NCBI GenBank assembly: GCA_910592345.1
Contig: CAJVPI010000093.1
Span: forward strand, 1-55,624
Origin: Paraglomus brasilianum
Taxonomy: Eukaryota
DNA length: 55,624 nucleotides
Reading direction: 5' to 3'
Shown here: one piece after another, positions 39,038 through 53,028 of the stretch
How the letters are laid out: each line of letters opens with the position of its first letter
Numbering within the stretch: position 1 is the first letter of the stretch
Program-made: the position numbers and the translations under genes
The notes under the pieces: generated by a model
The model's input: the letters and a program-made list of their open reading frames with translations, nothing else
Told to the model about the DNA's origin: nothing
Databases searched by the model: none

Positions 39038-42000
39038 TCATGATAAAGTTTGCATTACATTAAAGCATCCAGTTCCATTTTCCGTCACTTTACCCACTAC
39101 TAGTCTAGCAGAGGGTGTCCGTAAAGTGTCCCGATATCCATGAATAACAGCTTGGGTCAAGAAGTAACATGTTCTCTCAAAACTCATTTGGAGCAATGGT
39201 GAAGTGTTGGATTCCATTCCACCACGACTATATGAGTTGAAGCCTCCTTCGTGAGTCTTTGTAAAGAAGATTATAATGGGAATTAGTTTTCAATAAATTA
39301 AAGTAAGATGCAGTTTTTAGAAAAGCCATTACCATATAGTCAGCTACCAAAGTCAAATGGCGTGCATCGACGGCTATACCATACATTTGAAATACACTAG
39401 ATACTTCTTTTATGATAACAGCTCTCGCAGCTTCAACGCCATAAACTCTTAAAACTGCTGCGATATCATTCGTATAAATGTTGTTTATTTCGATAATCGA
39501 CTCTCCATTTTGCACAATACCAAGTATATTAACACCATCTGTTATAAAGTATTCCTATGTATAAAACCGGTGATCGGACGGAAATTAGATCATTCAAATG
39601 GTGCTAAAAGCAAACGAAACAAAAGAAATATTCTTACGCCATCATTCATTTTCTGTACTGGATAGCACTTGCTAATTCCGGGAACCTCACGAAGCACGAC
39701 ATCCCGACACACTTTTTCGACAACTTCAAGCATCAATACCTTTGCTGTACTACTTGGAATCTGTAAAAGCATATTTCGTAAGCGTTTCAAATATATGATT
39801 CCATCATTTATGTTAACTTAATTCTTTGTTACCTGAATGTCTATCTCACACCATTCACCCTTCACATCAAACTGATGACTGATAGCTAAACCACCTTGCT
39901 CCTTTGACTTTTTTTTTGATGATGCATCTTCGGTGTCTTTTTCTGCAACGTTGCCATCATCTTCTTTCTCATTGTTTTCATCAGATTCTACTATTATTTC
40001 CATATCATCTTCATCAGGCTCATCATACGATACCATCTGTTTGCGTCTTGAATTCATACGTGATGCAGTTGCGTCACCATCACAATCATCAGAGTCTAAA
40101 AGAAATCAAATGTTAACATCAAACGCGAACGCAAAAAAAACAAACAAACCAAAAAACAGCGAAACACAACAGCAACAACGCACCATTCATAGGTTGACTT
40201 TGTGTCGGATCAACTTCATCCGTAGTTTCGTTTGTAATTGGTTCTGTAAATTTCAAGGCTTTGCCAATGTCTGCATTATGGCGGCCGATAGACATATGTC
40301 AGCAAAGTTTGTAGGGAGTTTTGGAAAGAAGCTCAATTTCTTATTATACAAACCCGCATCTTTTTTATTCTTTTTAGCAAGGAACTTTGTTACCGAAGTG
40401 CGAAGCATTGTTATAAACTGGGATCCAATGGCGACTTCCACCTGTTTCGGAGAAATATCATATTCATCCACATACTCTTCACTGGGAAAGAAGTTCATTC
40501 TAACAAAATAAGCTTTTCTCCAGCTGCCCCTGAGCCTTCCTTGAACTATTTTCTCTGTAACGACAATTTCATCAACCACTTCTGCTAAAGTCAATCTGCT
40601 TAAAGTTACGGGAAATTTCTCTGCCTTCTTTTTACTAACACCAGTCTTCAGCGGTAATCGCATCATTGGTGTCTTAATCGAATCCGATGCAACCATTAAA
40701 ATCTCTCGCAACCGTGGGATGCCCAGAGTCACGTTCTTTGCACCAAAGCCAGCAAAATGGAAAGTGTTTAAAGTCATCTGTGTCGAAGGTTCACCTATAC
40801 CCTGAGCGGCTAATAGACCAACCGCCTCGCCCGGTTCAACAAGACTTTGCTGATATTTCTTATGCATCATGTAACTGAAAAGTTTTCTTCCTGGTTTATC
40901 TTCATCTCTTTTACCGACAAGTTTTTTATTATTCTTTATAAACTACAAAATTGAGTTATTTGAGTAAAATTGTTTCCAGACACTTCACCATATTACCTTC
41001 TACACTCACTTTCTGAAGACTTGATTCAAAATGCTCAGACACGGATCCGAGCGTGTTATATGGGAACATTTCTGGATTAGATATCACAGGACCGTATTTA
41101 TTAGGATTCTCCAAAGCCTTCTTATTAAGTTTTCGTACTCGGCTCGCCTGAGTAGCTTCTTTTTCCAACACTTCGCCACCATATTTAGTATTATAACTTT
41201 TCCAGTTTTCAGCTACAAAGTCGAACTTGTACAGATGTTTTTGCTTTGTGACATCTATAGCATCTTCACCATAATGAAACTGTATTAGCGATCCATCGCT
41301 GTTGTTTCGAACGGTGCCATCATAGTTGGCAATAAGACCTTCTAGATGCTTTATGAGGCATCTTTGCAAATAGCCAGATCTGCTGGTCTTGACGGCTGTG
41401 TCAATTAACCCTTCGCGACCGGCCATACAATGGAAAAAGTACTCCTATAGAGATAGATGTAATTGCTTTGTTTGAACGCATGAACTCTGACCTGACAATA
41501 ACACATAATTTATAAATTCGACCTGAGGGTTTACACCAGTCAAAAATCTCCCACCAACATATCCACCGGCCATTGGTGATGTGTCGTACGCCTTAAAGGA
41601 TGGCAATGTCTTTCCACTGGCCATGACCGGGACACGTCTGCCTTCCAATTCTTGTTGACCTATTGGGCAAAATATTATTTTTACGTTTAGCTTCGTCCAA
41701 ACAAAATAAGACGCGAATTCTTAAGAAGTCCAACCTAATAGACAGGAAATTTGTGAAACGTTCACGCTGCTTCCTTTTGCCCCCGCGGCAGTCATCATTT
41801 GCATATTATTTGAGGGAAAAGGCACCAACTGTAGTGGCATTTGTTAAGAATTTTCTAACAAATTTAGTGGATTGGATATTTCAAAAGCAGACAGAATTTT
41901 GAATATATTACAAGACAAGATTACCAAGTTTTTTGGTATACAAGAGCTGATTATCGAGGATGTTAAAACATTCACTTCTGATTTCATTGTCGAATCCAAG

Positions 42001-45000
42001 TCCTTATGCTTGTCGTCATCTTGGAGTACCTCTCGCATACGACCAATAAATTCTGTTTATATATAACTGCATCAGAACCTACGCGGCATGCATGAGAACA
42101 AAGTTTTCATTACTAGCAATAAATAACAGACCACTTTTGACACTCGGATCTTCTGCATTTTGAAACTCATCTTCCATTCCCACATATTTCCACACAGCCT
42201 TTTCTCCGATTTTAGGACCCTTCCTCAATTTTTGGCATCTAAGTTTATTGCCTTTGGGCGTCAGGCGCAAATCATCCATGCGACAAGAGAACCCTTGCCA
42301 TTGCGTATATGCCGTAAATAGACGGCCAAATATGCCAAGCAATTTTTCAGCAACGTTTCTACCATACAGTTCATGACAAGAGTGAATCAATCCAAAGGAT
42401 GATGCTCCTATCTGCGATTTATCCAAAACACCTGTTAACAGCTCGCCATCGCTCACAATCACCGTAGCTTCTTCTGCAGAAGCTTTGCGCCAATACTGAT
42501 CCGATATTCTTGTTCGTGATGTAAAATTTAGTTGTTTGTGTCCATATGTGACATTATATAGGATGGTTGTAACCTGGGTTTCGATAACGCCAATCCGTTA
42601 AGTAAAATATATGTATACAAACAAATACTGTAAGCAACTCACTAAACTCACCACTTGCTTTCCCGTCCATAATGATCGTGGCTTTTGTATTGCGGGAGGT
42701 ATGGTAAGTACTGGTTGAGCAACAATACCGTCTGAATCGGGTCTAAGCGCACCATACAATATCTGGCAATATTGTTCCCGAGTAAAAAAGGTCTCCTTTG
42801 ATGATAGCCATACACCAGTGACAACGTGATCTTGGATCAAGCCTCTCAACGGTGCGCCGGACGTCGACGAAAGATATTGTTCACCCGCACTCCCAACAAA
42901 CATAGCCTCGGCCCGTGCAATTTCGTTCTGCGGCAAATGAATATTCATCTCATCACCATCAAAGTCAGCATTATATGATTGACTTGTATAGAGATAACAA
43001 TGTGAATTAAAAAAAGTAATATAGAGCATAAACGCTTTCGTATGTAAATGTGTCATTGTCATTACCAATTAGCATAATGCAGCCTAATTGTCTTTTCAGC
43101 CGGTAAAACGCGTGCACGATGTGCCATAATAGAAGGTTTATGAAGAGTTGGCTGTCGATTCACGAGCAACATGTCACCATTGCATATATGTCGATATACT
43201 TTCTTATTAACAGTATTGGTTACTGTTTGGTATCTGTCGAATGGCGCTGGTAACATGCTTGGTGTGCTAAGTGTATTCGCAACAGCAATTCTTGATTCGG
43301 TAGAGAGGGATGCTAGACCCTGCAACGTCCCGTCTTCGAATTCAATGTGTGTGGCTCCCGGCCATTTATGGGGACCATTAATGACAGCAGTTGCAAGTTT
43401 TCGAACATTGAATGGTGTTACAGTTTCAGGATATGTCAATCTTTTTGCGATAATTTCCGGTACCTACACATACAATTTGATGCAATGAGTGGAAAAAAAA
43501 AGTCGCTCTTACTCGGGAATAATTAAATCACTTACACCTATTTCATCGGTCTCTACGTTTGGATCAGGAGATATTACCGATCTCGCTGCGTAATTGACTC
43601 GTTTTCCCTATGAAATCAATGATATAATCACGTTAAAACCGCCAATCTATCAAAATACGTCATTATCACAACCTTACCATAAGATGTTTCCTCATCAATC
43701 CTTCCTTTTTTTCTAAAATTTGCCTAACACCATGCAATCCTTCGAATGCGCGTCTCGTTTTAGTAGAATCTACCAAACCGTTAACATCGTATTGCAGCTC
43801 TAACCATTCATTATTAAAGAGAGCTATTTGCTGCTGCGGCAAATCTTCGATAGATATTGTAGACAGATCTCCCGAGGTTTTTTTCGCACTTGTTGTCATT
43901 AATGCGCGAATCCGCTCGCATGTGTTAAGAATTTTTGTAAAAATTGCATTTTGCGGATTCTCGTATACTTGTTCGCCCAAAGACGAAGTGGGACGGAATC
44001 GATTAGGCGGTACCAGTATTACTTGAACAAAGAACATGTCAGAACTCGCATGTTTATCTGGAGCCAATGAAGCAAGATCACGCGATTCGTGCGCGCTTTG
44101 AAATTTCTGAAACAATCCTTTTGTCGACGTGTTATCTCCGTACAAGAGTCCACATATTAATGGCTCGTTCTCGAACAACAGTCGTATATGTCTATGAACT
44201 TGATATGGGGTCAAGAAAACATTTCCACGCGTCTGTCTTATGGGTAATACGTTAATATCATCTTCATCCTCGTCTAACGTTTGATCAACGCTATTCGCTG
44301 CGTTTTCGTCTAATTGTTTTTTCGTCAAAGAAACTTGGAAAACTTTTGCAGTCCCTGCCGATCGTATAGTCGCTGAATGACTTTGTCATGGTAAGTATTA
44401 TTATGAATTGAATGACAAATGACAGACATTTTACGACCCGAACCATTAGTATTTCGCACAGTTACTTGGCAATAATTTGTAGAAAACACTTACGCCTCGC
44501 AATTTGCGCATCGCCTTGTTGACGCTGCATTTTTGAGAAACTCGGTTGTCAGTCGCTTACGCTCTTCCTTTGTTGCGCTATCATCAATAACTTCCCCTTT
44601 CATTATCAACTTCCTATGTTTGTATAATACTTTGGCAACATACTCATCTATAGAAACATAGTTAGTGGTCTGTGATTGGTCGGCAATATCAAGGTTGAAA
44701 GATCACAATACCAATAACTTCTACATTAGCGTCTTTCGATGAATCGTCGCCGTCTCCTTCATCAGATATATCTGGAACAATCGCGCCATCAATATCACGA
44801 ACGGCTATGAGTAGTCCATAATGCAGTAACACTAGTTTCGCAGCAAATTTATGCATCTTTGAAAACAATTTGGAAAACATGAATATGGAATTAATCGTTC
44901 AAAGCAGATTGTCAGCAATCAAAAGAAAGCTCACCTGAAAACGCCCCACTTTAAAACGATGACAGAAAGTGCATAGCGATCTAAGTACTTTAACCATGTG

Positions 45001-45380
45001 TTCAAAGAATAACGGATGATATACAAGACAAGGAAGCTCGATGTGGCCAAAATGACCAAGACACTTTGACTGCGTGTCGCCACATGTAACACATCTAAAG
45101 AGGGGAGATCAAATCAATTTTCTGAAATATAGACTGGACAATTACTAAGTTTATTTGAAACTTGAATTATTTTGTTATTGCCAAAATGAATTTACATGTC
45201 GAGTGCTGATAGCGGTCCAAATGCAGGGTCATATGGACCTCCTTCTACAGGACTTCCGATGGCGTCATATAGAGCAGTAACATTGACCTCTTTGACTGAG
45301 ATCTTACGAATCTCTTCCACCGAGAGGCAGCCGAACGATAATGAGGTTATTTCACAATTAAGTGGGAACGAAGTGTTCAT
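39038..45380 (-). CDS. RPA190: RNA polymerase I largest subunit (RPA190/RPA1), multi-exon
   Basis: [12 protein letters not shown]....[52 protein letters not shown], catalytic [50 protein letters not shown] is at 39038-39040. Confidence 0.97.
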
Positions 45381-47296
45381 TTCTAATGATCAGAAAAAAA
45401 ATTCGCATTTTTTCAGACTTTAATCGTGATGTCGATCGAGAAAAAATCTGTGATTAAGTAAGTTGTTTTGACCAATCGTATCGCAAGAATTATGGATCAG
45501 TTTGAATTTCGTCGTAGTAAGCTTGGTGTGCTGCAACAAAACCACACCAGTGAACGTTGAACTTTGTGATATTCGACTTGAATAGGTTTCTTTTTCTCTT
45601 TCTCCAATACCCAATTTGCTTTTTTACCCGCGTTACAGGCTCTGCGTTCAGCATCCTGAAATTATGACTAACATTCCTCGATTCAGTTTTGCCTCGGCTT
45701 TTTAAATACGCCGGTACCAGGGCCCTAATCTGCTATTTAAGAGCTACTCGATATATGTATTTATGGATGTCTAGCACTTTCATGGATGATCTGGTTAGAA
45801 TGCTAGTTATAATGATCACTTAATGCAGTTAATGAAAGATGATCAATAAAGTCCATTTGGAACGGGTTTAGTTACAATAGACAACAGAACGAGGAAACTG
45901 TCACAAATGAACTTAAACGTGTTGAGTATGACAAGTATAAAGAGAAAGACATTCTTGCATTCAATAATGCGAGGCGATGAATGCACCTTAGATCCCTTTC
46001 TAATAGGAATAATTTGTTAATAATAATAAGACAAATTACGTGAAAAGCATTCGATGATGCATGTTCCGGATTATAACATATCTATCACCACATTATATGC
46101 AGGTCAATAGTGAACTGCTTCAGTTCTTCACTTTATCTGCATAGGAATACTTCGTGTGTAAAGGGGTCTTGTCTGATAAGGGAACGTGTCAAAAATATTA
46201 GTTGGTGAAATGCTATTATAGTTACCGTGTCGTCATAAGAGATTTTTGTTGTGTTACTGTTACTAATACTGTCCCCATTTGTATAAGCTCGGCCAATGGG
46301 AACTCATTTGTCTTGACAAAAAAAGTAAAACGCCCACAATCTATAACATGTGCGATTTGAATACCTGAAAAATAGGAGTGAAATAATTGCGCTTTATTTA
46401 TATGGGCTATTATTGTTTATTTTGCTGCACAACAATAGACATCGCATCTAGACTTGTGCTTAATTGTGGCACGACAACAATAATTGTGTTGGTGAAAACG
46501 AGGGTCAATACTTTAAATGAACATCGCACACAATTTGTCAAACCCAACGAGGAATGTTCTTATTCCTTTACACATGTGTGCCTAATAAAGACCTCGAAAC
46601 CTCTTATTCCTTTACACGATTGTATAAGCCATCCAATCATAAACCGCGTATTATCATTGATGATTTTCACGATTAGCATATTATATTATATTAATCGACA
46701 ACCGTAAATCGCTGTTGTCATTCACCCGCATTCAATGGGATTGCTAATTATACGCAAAATGGCAATATGGCTACATCTAAAATTCAAATATGGTGTCGGC
46801 ACATGACATGCTCCCATGAAAATCTTGTGTTATTCCTAAACAGGCCTGTGTTTACACGCATCGTACGACAATCACGACGAATGGCTGCAACCAGTCCTAC
46901 ATCGTATCCGGAAAAAGCATTATCGTATTTTGTTTTTCCTGTTTCGTATGGAAGATGCAATCTGCAAGTGATATTCATTTATTTAAGGGGGGCCAGTAGC
47001 ATGAATAATAAAAATTCGTTTGGCGGGAAGAAGATATTTTGCACACCCCTCACCACACACCCCCCTCCCCCGAGATTTTTTACCATCTTCCAGACGTAAT
47101 GAGTTAACTCTTTCTCCTGAAGAAAGATTTCTTATACCTTCTTTGTTTACATCCGTTGGAACTATAATAAAGCAACATTGACTATTAGTTCTGTCTGGGA
47201 GTTGGTTTCAAAAATCCCTGGGAACCCCCCCCCGTTAACACAAGTTATTTTATAATACAATATAGCACTAGTAAATAACATTCAGTTCACACAATA

Positions 47297-49680
47297 ATGA
47301 CGGTGACTCAGGCATGCACTGCAAAGTGTAGCTTTGAGTTTATCATATCGAACGTTGATAAACTCAAAGGCACATTCTGCACACCGCCATTTGCGACTTC
47401 AACAGATCATTTCTGGCAAGTCAAATTTGATCCGGTATAGTATCTCATTCGTTTACAACACGTCATTTGCATAATGAGCGTCTTTCTAGAGTCTGAAATA
47501 TGTACATGTCTGTCTTGCGTAATAGAATCCAAAAGATATCCAAAACCATTGTTCGGTCTTTTTATGCGCGATACCCAATTCAGACGAAGAGTCGTCTAAT
47601 ACACTATGGGCGCGAAGACATAAAGTAAATGTCATGATGTGGATGAAAGATGCTGGCGGATCATCCAGGTAAGTTATTTGGATTGCTACAGTAAGACAAA
47701 CGCATCGCATAGATGGGATGTAAATAACATTAGTCAATCCTTTTACAGCTCTCCACACATTATTAATCCGGCCGAGTTGAAAATGGGAAATTATTCCAAG
47801 GAGAAGCAAGTATGGGGTACGTGGAAAAATTTTAGTCATGTCTTTCTTCTTTTCTATGCGCATTCATGGATGGATTTTTATCAAAATTTACCGCAATCGA
47901 ACTTTAACACGCGCGTTAATTTGTATCTCTTCGTATTTAATTCTCTTTGTTACTAGGTTTCCCTCGTTTTTGTCGAAAGTCGGTCCTTACAAAGAATATC
48001 ATTATCGGAATATCACTGAGCGAAGCTAAACTGGATACCGATAGAACGACAACTCCATTATCACGTAAAGGCGTACCAACTAACTTGCTCGAAGCGTGGC
48101 TGGGTGAACTGAATAACAATGACATTGCAGACGTTCAGTTTCTAGTACAAGGCAAACAGATATATGCGCGCAGTTTCATATTAAGGAAGCGATCGGAATA
48201 TTTCAACAAATTACTAAAAGAAGAGGACTTTGCTTATGGGATGAGGATAGTGAGAAAACAACCCGGTCGGCGCAATGTGCAGGCAAATCGCGAAGCTGAT
48301 GTAGATGCTCTTGCTTCCCTTGAATCTATCGGATTATACACTTACATAATCGAAGTATCTGACTTTAAGCCCGAGACATTTCTGGAAATGCTTCGATATT
48401 TGTATTCTAATACCATCACATTTGATGAAGATGAAAATTCAGGAAGGTCGATTATTGATATACTCAAGATTGCTGACAAATATTATCTTGACGATCTCAG
48501 GCAAGTAATCATATCTGAAGTATCTAAAAGAGTAAAGAAAGCAAATGCAGCAGAAACACTCGGTGAAATTGTGTGGAAAGTCCCTGGATTCAAACAAGAT
48601 ATGATCGATCTCGTATTAAAGGCGTTTCCAGAGGCAAAGGCAGTCCAGGTGTTGCAGCAAGTCAGCAAAACAATTACAAGAAAGAAACAACAACATGCTT
48701 TACAAACAATAGGAAAGAAATCGTATAAGAAATATGTTGAATATTGTAGAATGCAGATGATCGAAGCCGATGATCCAAGCATGGTGAAAGTGTGGGCTGA
48801 AAAGACCGTAGATGCCCAAGTAATTTATTCCTTGGTTGACCATAACGACGAATGGTGGCCCAAATTAGCTGGACTAACGATACAAGAAGCCCAACCTATA
48901 GTCGACGATTTTAACAAGGAAAAGTCAAAAAAGGGAGCTGAAAAGAAAACTCCTAAATCTCGACGGGAAGAACCTATTAGGGAAGGCGTAGAATGGTCAT
49001 CTGGTTCGTCTGGTCCCAGTCGACAGCGTCGTCCTGTATATGATAGCCCAGCCGATGTCTCGTATGAACGGTCCGCCGCCAAACCGTCTAGTCGCAGCGA
49101 GAGTCGCGATAGAGCACGAAGCGATAGCCGTGCTACTAGTAGGTCTTCTACATCTCGTCGACTTAGCCAGGATGGAATGTCGTTATCTAGTCTTCCAGAA
49201 TCCTCTAGCCGGTCGTATCAATCACGGCAGACGAGTCGGGATAGAATGTCTTCCTCCACTTGTCCGAGATCACCCAGTCCGCAAAGTCGCCATGATAGGA
49301 TGTCCACATACGCAAGATCCCCCAGTCCTTACAAAAAGGATCGTGGCTCGCCTGTTAACTATGGACGGCCTCTTAGTCCATACACAGACGAGCGTGATTC
49401 TTATTATGGTTATAGCAGATCTCATATTTCATACGCCAAAGAGCATGTACCGCCTGTTAGTTATGGTAGATCTCCTAGTCGATCTAGTGATCGAGATATA
49501 GCCTTTGAACAAGAAGCAGGAAGGGCGAGTGTTGTTCAGTCATCAAATAGTCGTTCAGTCAAGAGTGAAGCATCTTTTCGTGATAGTAGAAGTCTCGATC
49601 AGAGTTATCATTATCGATTCGAAAGGTACAGCAGTGCCTCTTCGTATCATCCCGATAAACATTCTACTAAGCGACAGTGA
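47297..49680 (+). CDS. MATH-BTB/POZ protein with a long Ser/Arg/Pro-rich C-terminal tail
   Basis: Three small upstream exons give MTVTQACTAKCSFEF...PPFATSTDHFWQVKFDP|NP...CSVFLCAIPN...|...VWG|FPRF (MATH-like), in frame with ORF 47947-49680. BTB motifs: ADVQFLVQGKQIYARSFILRKRSEYF, DFKPETFLEMLRYLYS, IADKYYLDDL. Confidence 0.85.
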
Positions 49681-50405
49681 GATAGTCTACACAGTAATTG
49701 TTTACTTTTGCTTTACTTTTGAGTTTGTTTCGTTTACTTGACATTTCAATATAAGGATAACCCTCAATTTTTGGGACTACTTTTATTGGTAGTATTTAAG
49801 GCCATTTATGATGGTATATTGGACATTTTGGTTGATGGTTACAAAGTTAAGCTATTATTGGTTGTTTTGGATGAATCTTTCAATCCGGGGATGTGTTGTT
49901 GTTAATTTGTTGATATACTTTTTCTATCTCGTTTGTGATCGTACGTTTTTATATGCAATTGTTCATATTCATTATTCATTAATGCATCATATTCTGCATT
50001 ATTCTGCAAGTATGTTTATTTACTCTGTAATTATAATCTTTCTACTCTACCTACATCTTCCTTCACTTTCTCACTTCATTTTATGTTATATTGGCAATTT
50101 ATTTAGTTTATGCTTTCACGCGCAAGTTAATCAGAAGAGAACTCAAAGCAAATAGTAAATCAATAAACAATGTTATAACGAAAACTGTCATGACAAATCT
50201 TTGGTGTTACAGCATTAGTATTAATGTGATCGCTATGCAGGGAGGGCAAGTGCCCAAAAGATTGGTAAAGTTGCTGTGTGACATTATAATCGCAAATCAC
50301 CTACTCTACTAGAACAGCAAACAAGTGTCACCCTTTATTTTTCAATTAAATAGTCGTTCGATTTCTTCAATTTTCATTTTCAGCGTCCCTAAATCCTTCA
50401 CATTT

Positions 50406-52718
50406 ATGGAAGGGTTCGACGACTTTCTTCTAACAGGATCTGAATCTCCTATAAATAGTTACCCATCCACGCCCCAATCTACCTCCTCTTTATCTGATTG
50501 TGAGACATCATCTACAACAACAGACTATTCCGAGATTTTACTCTCCGTAGTAGTAGAGTACTCTCCTGGAATAGAATACGAAAGGGAACTGAATATATGC
50601 CGCAAATGCCTTCAACAACTCACCGGTGAATACTATTGTCCTCCTTGTTATTCTGCGCGTCTAAAGGACGATTTCTCCAACTGGACAAGCTGTCATGAAA
50701 TCATTGACGAGTTTATCCGTGAAACACAACTCAATGCCACTCAAAGAGATGAATTGTTAGAATGGATTCCGTACGATCAATTGGACGAAGTTAAATATTT
50801 GGCAAGAGGAGGATTTGGAACTGTTTATTCTGCTATCTGGAAGGATGGACCCATCAATTATTGGGACGACAAACAAGAAAAGTGGTTGAGGAGGGAAACG
50901 TATAAAGTGGCATTGAAAGATATCAGATCTGATATAACGGCTTTCGTGAGAGAAGTATGATTACGACATAAGGCAATTCAATTGTCATCTTATTATTATA
51001 TATGTTTATATTAAATTGAGCAATCTATATCTTTGTTTATATCGTCGCTTATGTGTATGTGATGCAGCTTAAAACGCAATACTTATGCAGCACGCGTACA
51101 TCTACTCAACCTAAACCTAGAGTCTTATGGATTCTCGGCATCACCCAAGACCCGGCGACTAAATCCTATCTTCTCGTAATGCCGTATGCCAAATGTGGCG
51201 ACCTTCGTCGCTTTCTCCGCAAGAATTTTCCCACCTGTACATGGACGCAACGCATAACTATGCTTTACTATATTGCTCAGGGATTGGATGACATTCATTC
51301 AGCTGGATTGATCCACAGAGACTTTCACACTGGTAACATACTTCAATTGTCTAACAACTATTCGTACATAGGAGATTTAGGGTTGTCCATACGTGTTGAC
51401 GCGGTTCAAGAAAAGCAAAAGATTTTTGGAGTAATTCCATATATAGCTCCAGAAGTTTTCCGTGGACAGGGATACAGCAAAGCATCAGACATATACAGTT
51501 TTAGCATGGTGATGTGGGAGATCGCTACTGGTCGTCCGCCTTTTGGTCGAGTCGCTCATGACGAGTACTTGGTCTTTGCCATTTGTGAAGGGAAGAGACC
51601 CGAGATCGGTTGTGGTATTCCAAAGTTTTATGCAAAATTAATGGAGAAATGCTGGAATGCTGACCCAGAGAAACGACCGAGCTGTAAAGAGGTTATACGA
51701 ATTCTATGGAAATGGCGTACCGCTATTGATAGAGATACTCCTCCCATCGCAAACGAGATTAAAAATGTTGAAGAGTATAGGCTGAGAAATATCGGAAAGG
51801 AGATGCAAAGTATTGAACAACCCACACATTCAGAAGCAATGTATAGAAGTAGACGGATGGTGTTATCGGATAATGATGACGGCAAGAAAAGTTTGAAAGT
51901 TGGCATTGAACACCATGACGATGTTGAAGACGGTAATTAAGTATTAATCATTTTCTTTTCACTTTGAATACTTGTTTGAATGAGTTATTCATATTTTTTT
52001 TAGACCAAAGCACACCGCGCCTCCCAGTGGAACATCGTAAGAAGCTCGTGAATTTTAAATTTTTTTCCCGGGTTCATCTCTTTTCCAAAAATTAACTCTT
52101 TGTTCTAATTTGTAGTGGACAGTTGCGTTATTGGATGGGATGGTAAGTGCAAGTCATATTCGATTCTATTTGTTCATACATCATTTTTCTTTGGTTCACT
52201 TATGCACACGCATCTATCATGTGTTCTTACCAAATTTCTTAACAGAGAAAATTACCCTACGGGACAAGGATAGTCCAGTACCGGAACTCAGTCCATCCAG
52301 TACCTCGTGTTATTCAACGGCATCTTTACACACAGGAATGTCTCCGTTTTTGGCCAATGTAGATCTTAATAGTGAAGATCCCAGCAAGATAGGCTCAAAA
52401 GTCCAAAACGAGAATGTGATGCATACAGGATTAACATCCAAAATATCTGGTTTGAAGTTTCACGAGAAAAGGAGATCTGAAGTTTTTAGTTTTGAAGGCA
52501 AGTATTTTATAAGAATGCTATATTGAAATAGAAATTGCCCATTAGCGGTACTAATTACTATCGAATCGAATCTAGGATTTCCGGATTTAGAAGAAATTTA
52601 CCAAGCTGACACTGCCAACAAAAAAGTATGTAGATTTGTCATCGAGTTTGTCCAAATCATATAGAAATGTACTAACTCCCTTTGTATTTGACAGCTAAAA
52701 ACGCAAAATTGTGAATGA
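50406..52718 (+). CDS. Tyrosine-kinase-like (TKL) protein kinase of the Glomeromycotina-expanded type, with a multi-exon tail
   Basis: CxxC...CxxC, FSNWTS..IIDEFI, LEWIPY, GGFGTVY, VALK, HRDFHTGN, DLG, PYIAPE, SDIYSF, CWNADPEKRP. Five further in-phase small exons follow 51931 and end LKTQNCE*. The kinase core is certain; the tail is less so. Confidence 0.9.
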
Positions 52719-53028
52719 TAACTTGAGTAATTATTAATAATTCGTCATTGAGGGTAATACAATATAAGATTAAATTAATTAAATTAAATTATTAATTACA
52801 CCATACGACATACCTAGACATGGGCTTGTTGTTCATTAACAGGTACATTGTTCTCTGTTTCTGATCAATATACCTGGGATGTGTTGTAAAGTTTAGTTTC
52901 TGGCATCTCTGATAAGTTTAAATTATTTGTTGTAACATCCGGAATCGATATTATGTTTCTTGTCACAAAATTAGACTTCACGTAGTTGTAGAACAGACAT
53001 TTCAACAAGGAGACACATTCTCATTTGC

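Noticed and set aside
42900..43000. Intein or altered active site in RPA190
   Set aside because: [11 protein letters not shown] is intact and the interruptions I examined are ordinary short spliceosomal introns.
47295..47390. SECIS-like element (ATGA plus stem)
   Set aside because: The geometry does not fit, it lies in coding sequence, and no in-frame TGA was seen in the genes traced.
47425..47450. GTATAGTATCT resembling the U2 snRNA branch-pairing region
   Set aside because: It is the exon 1 donor region of the MATH-BTB gene, with no other U2 features.
49808..50312. Hydrophobic ORFs between the MATH-BTB and kinase genes
   Set aside because: T-rich UTR/intergenic composition explains them; no motifs or splice support.
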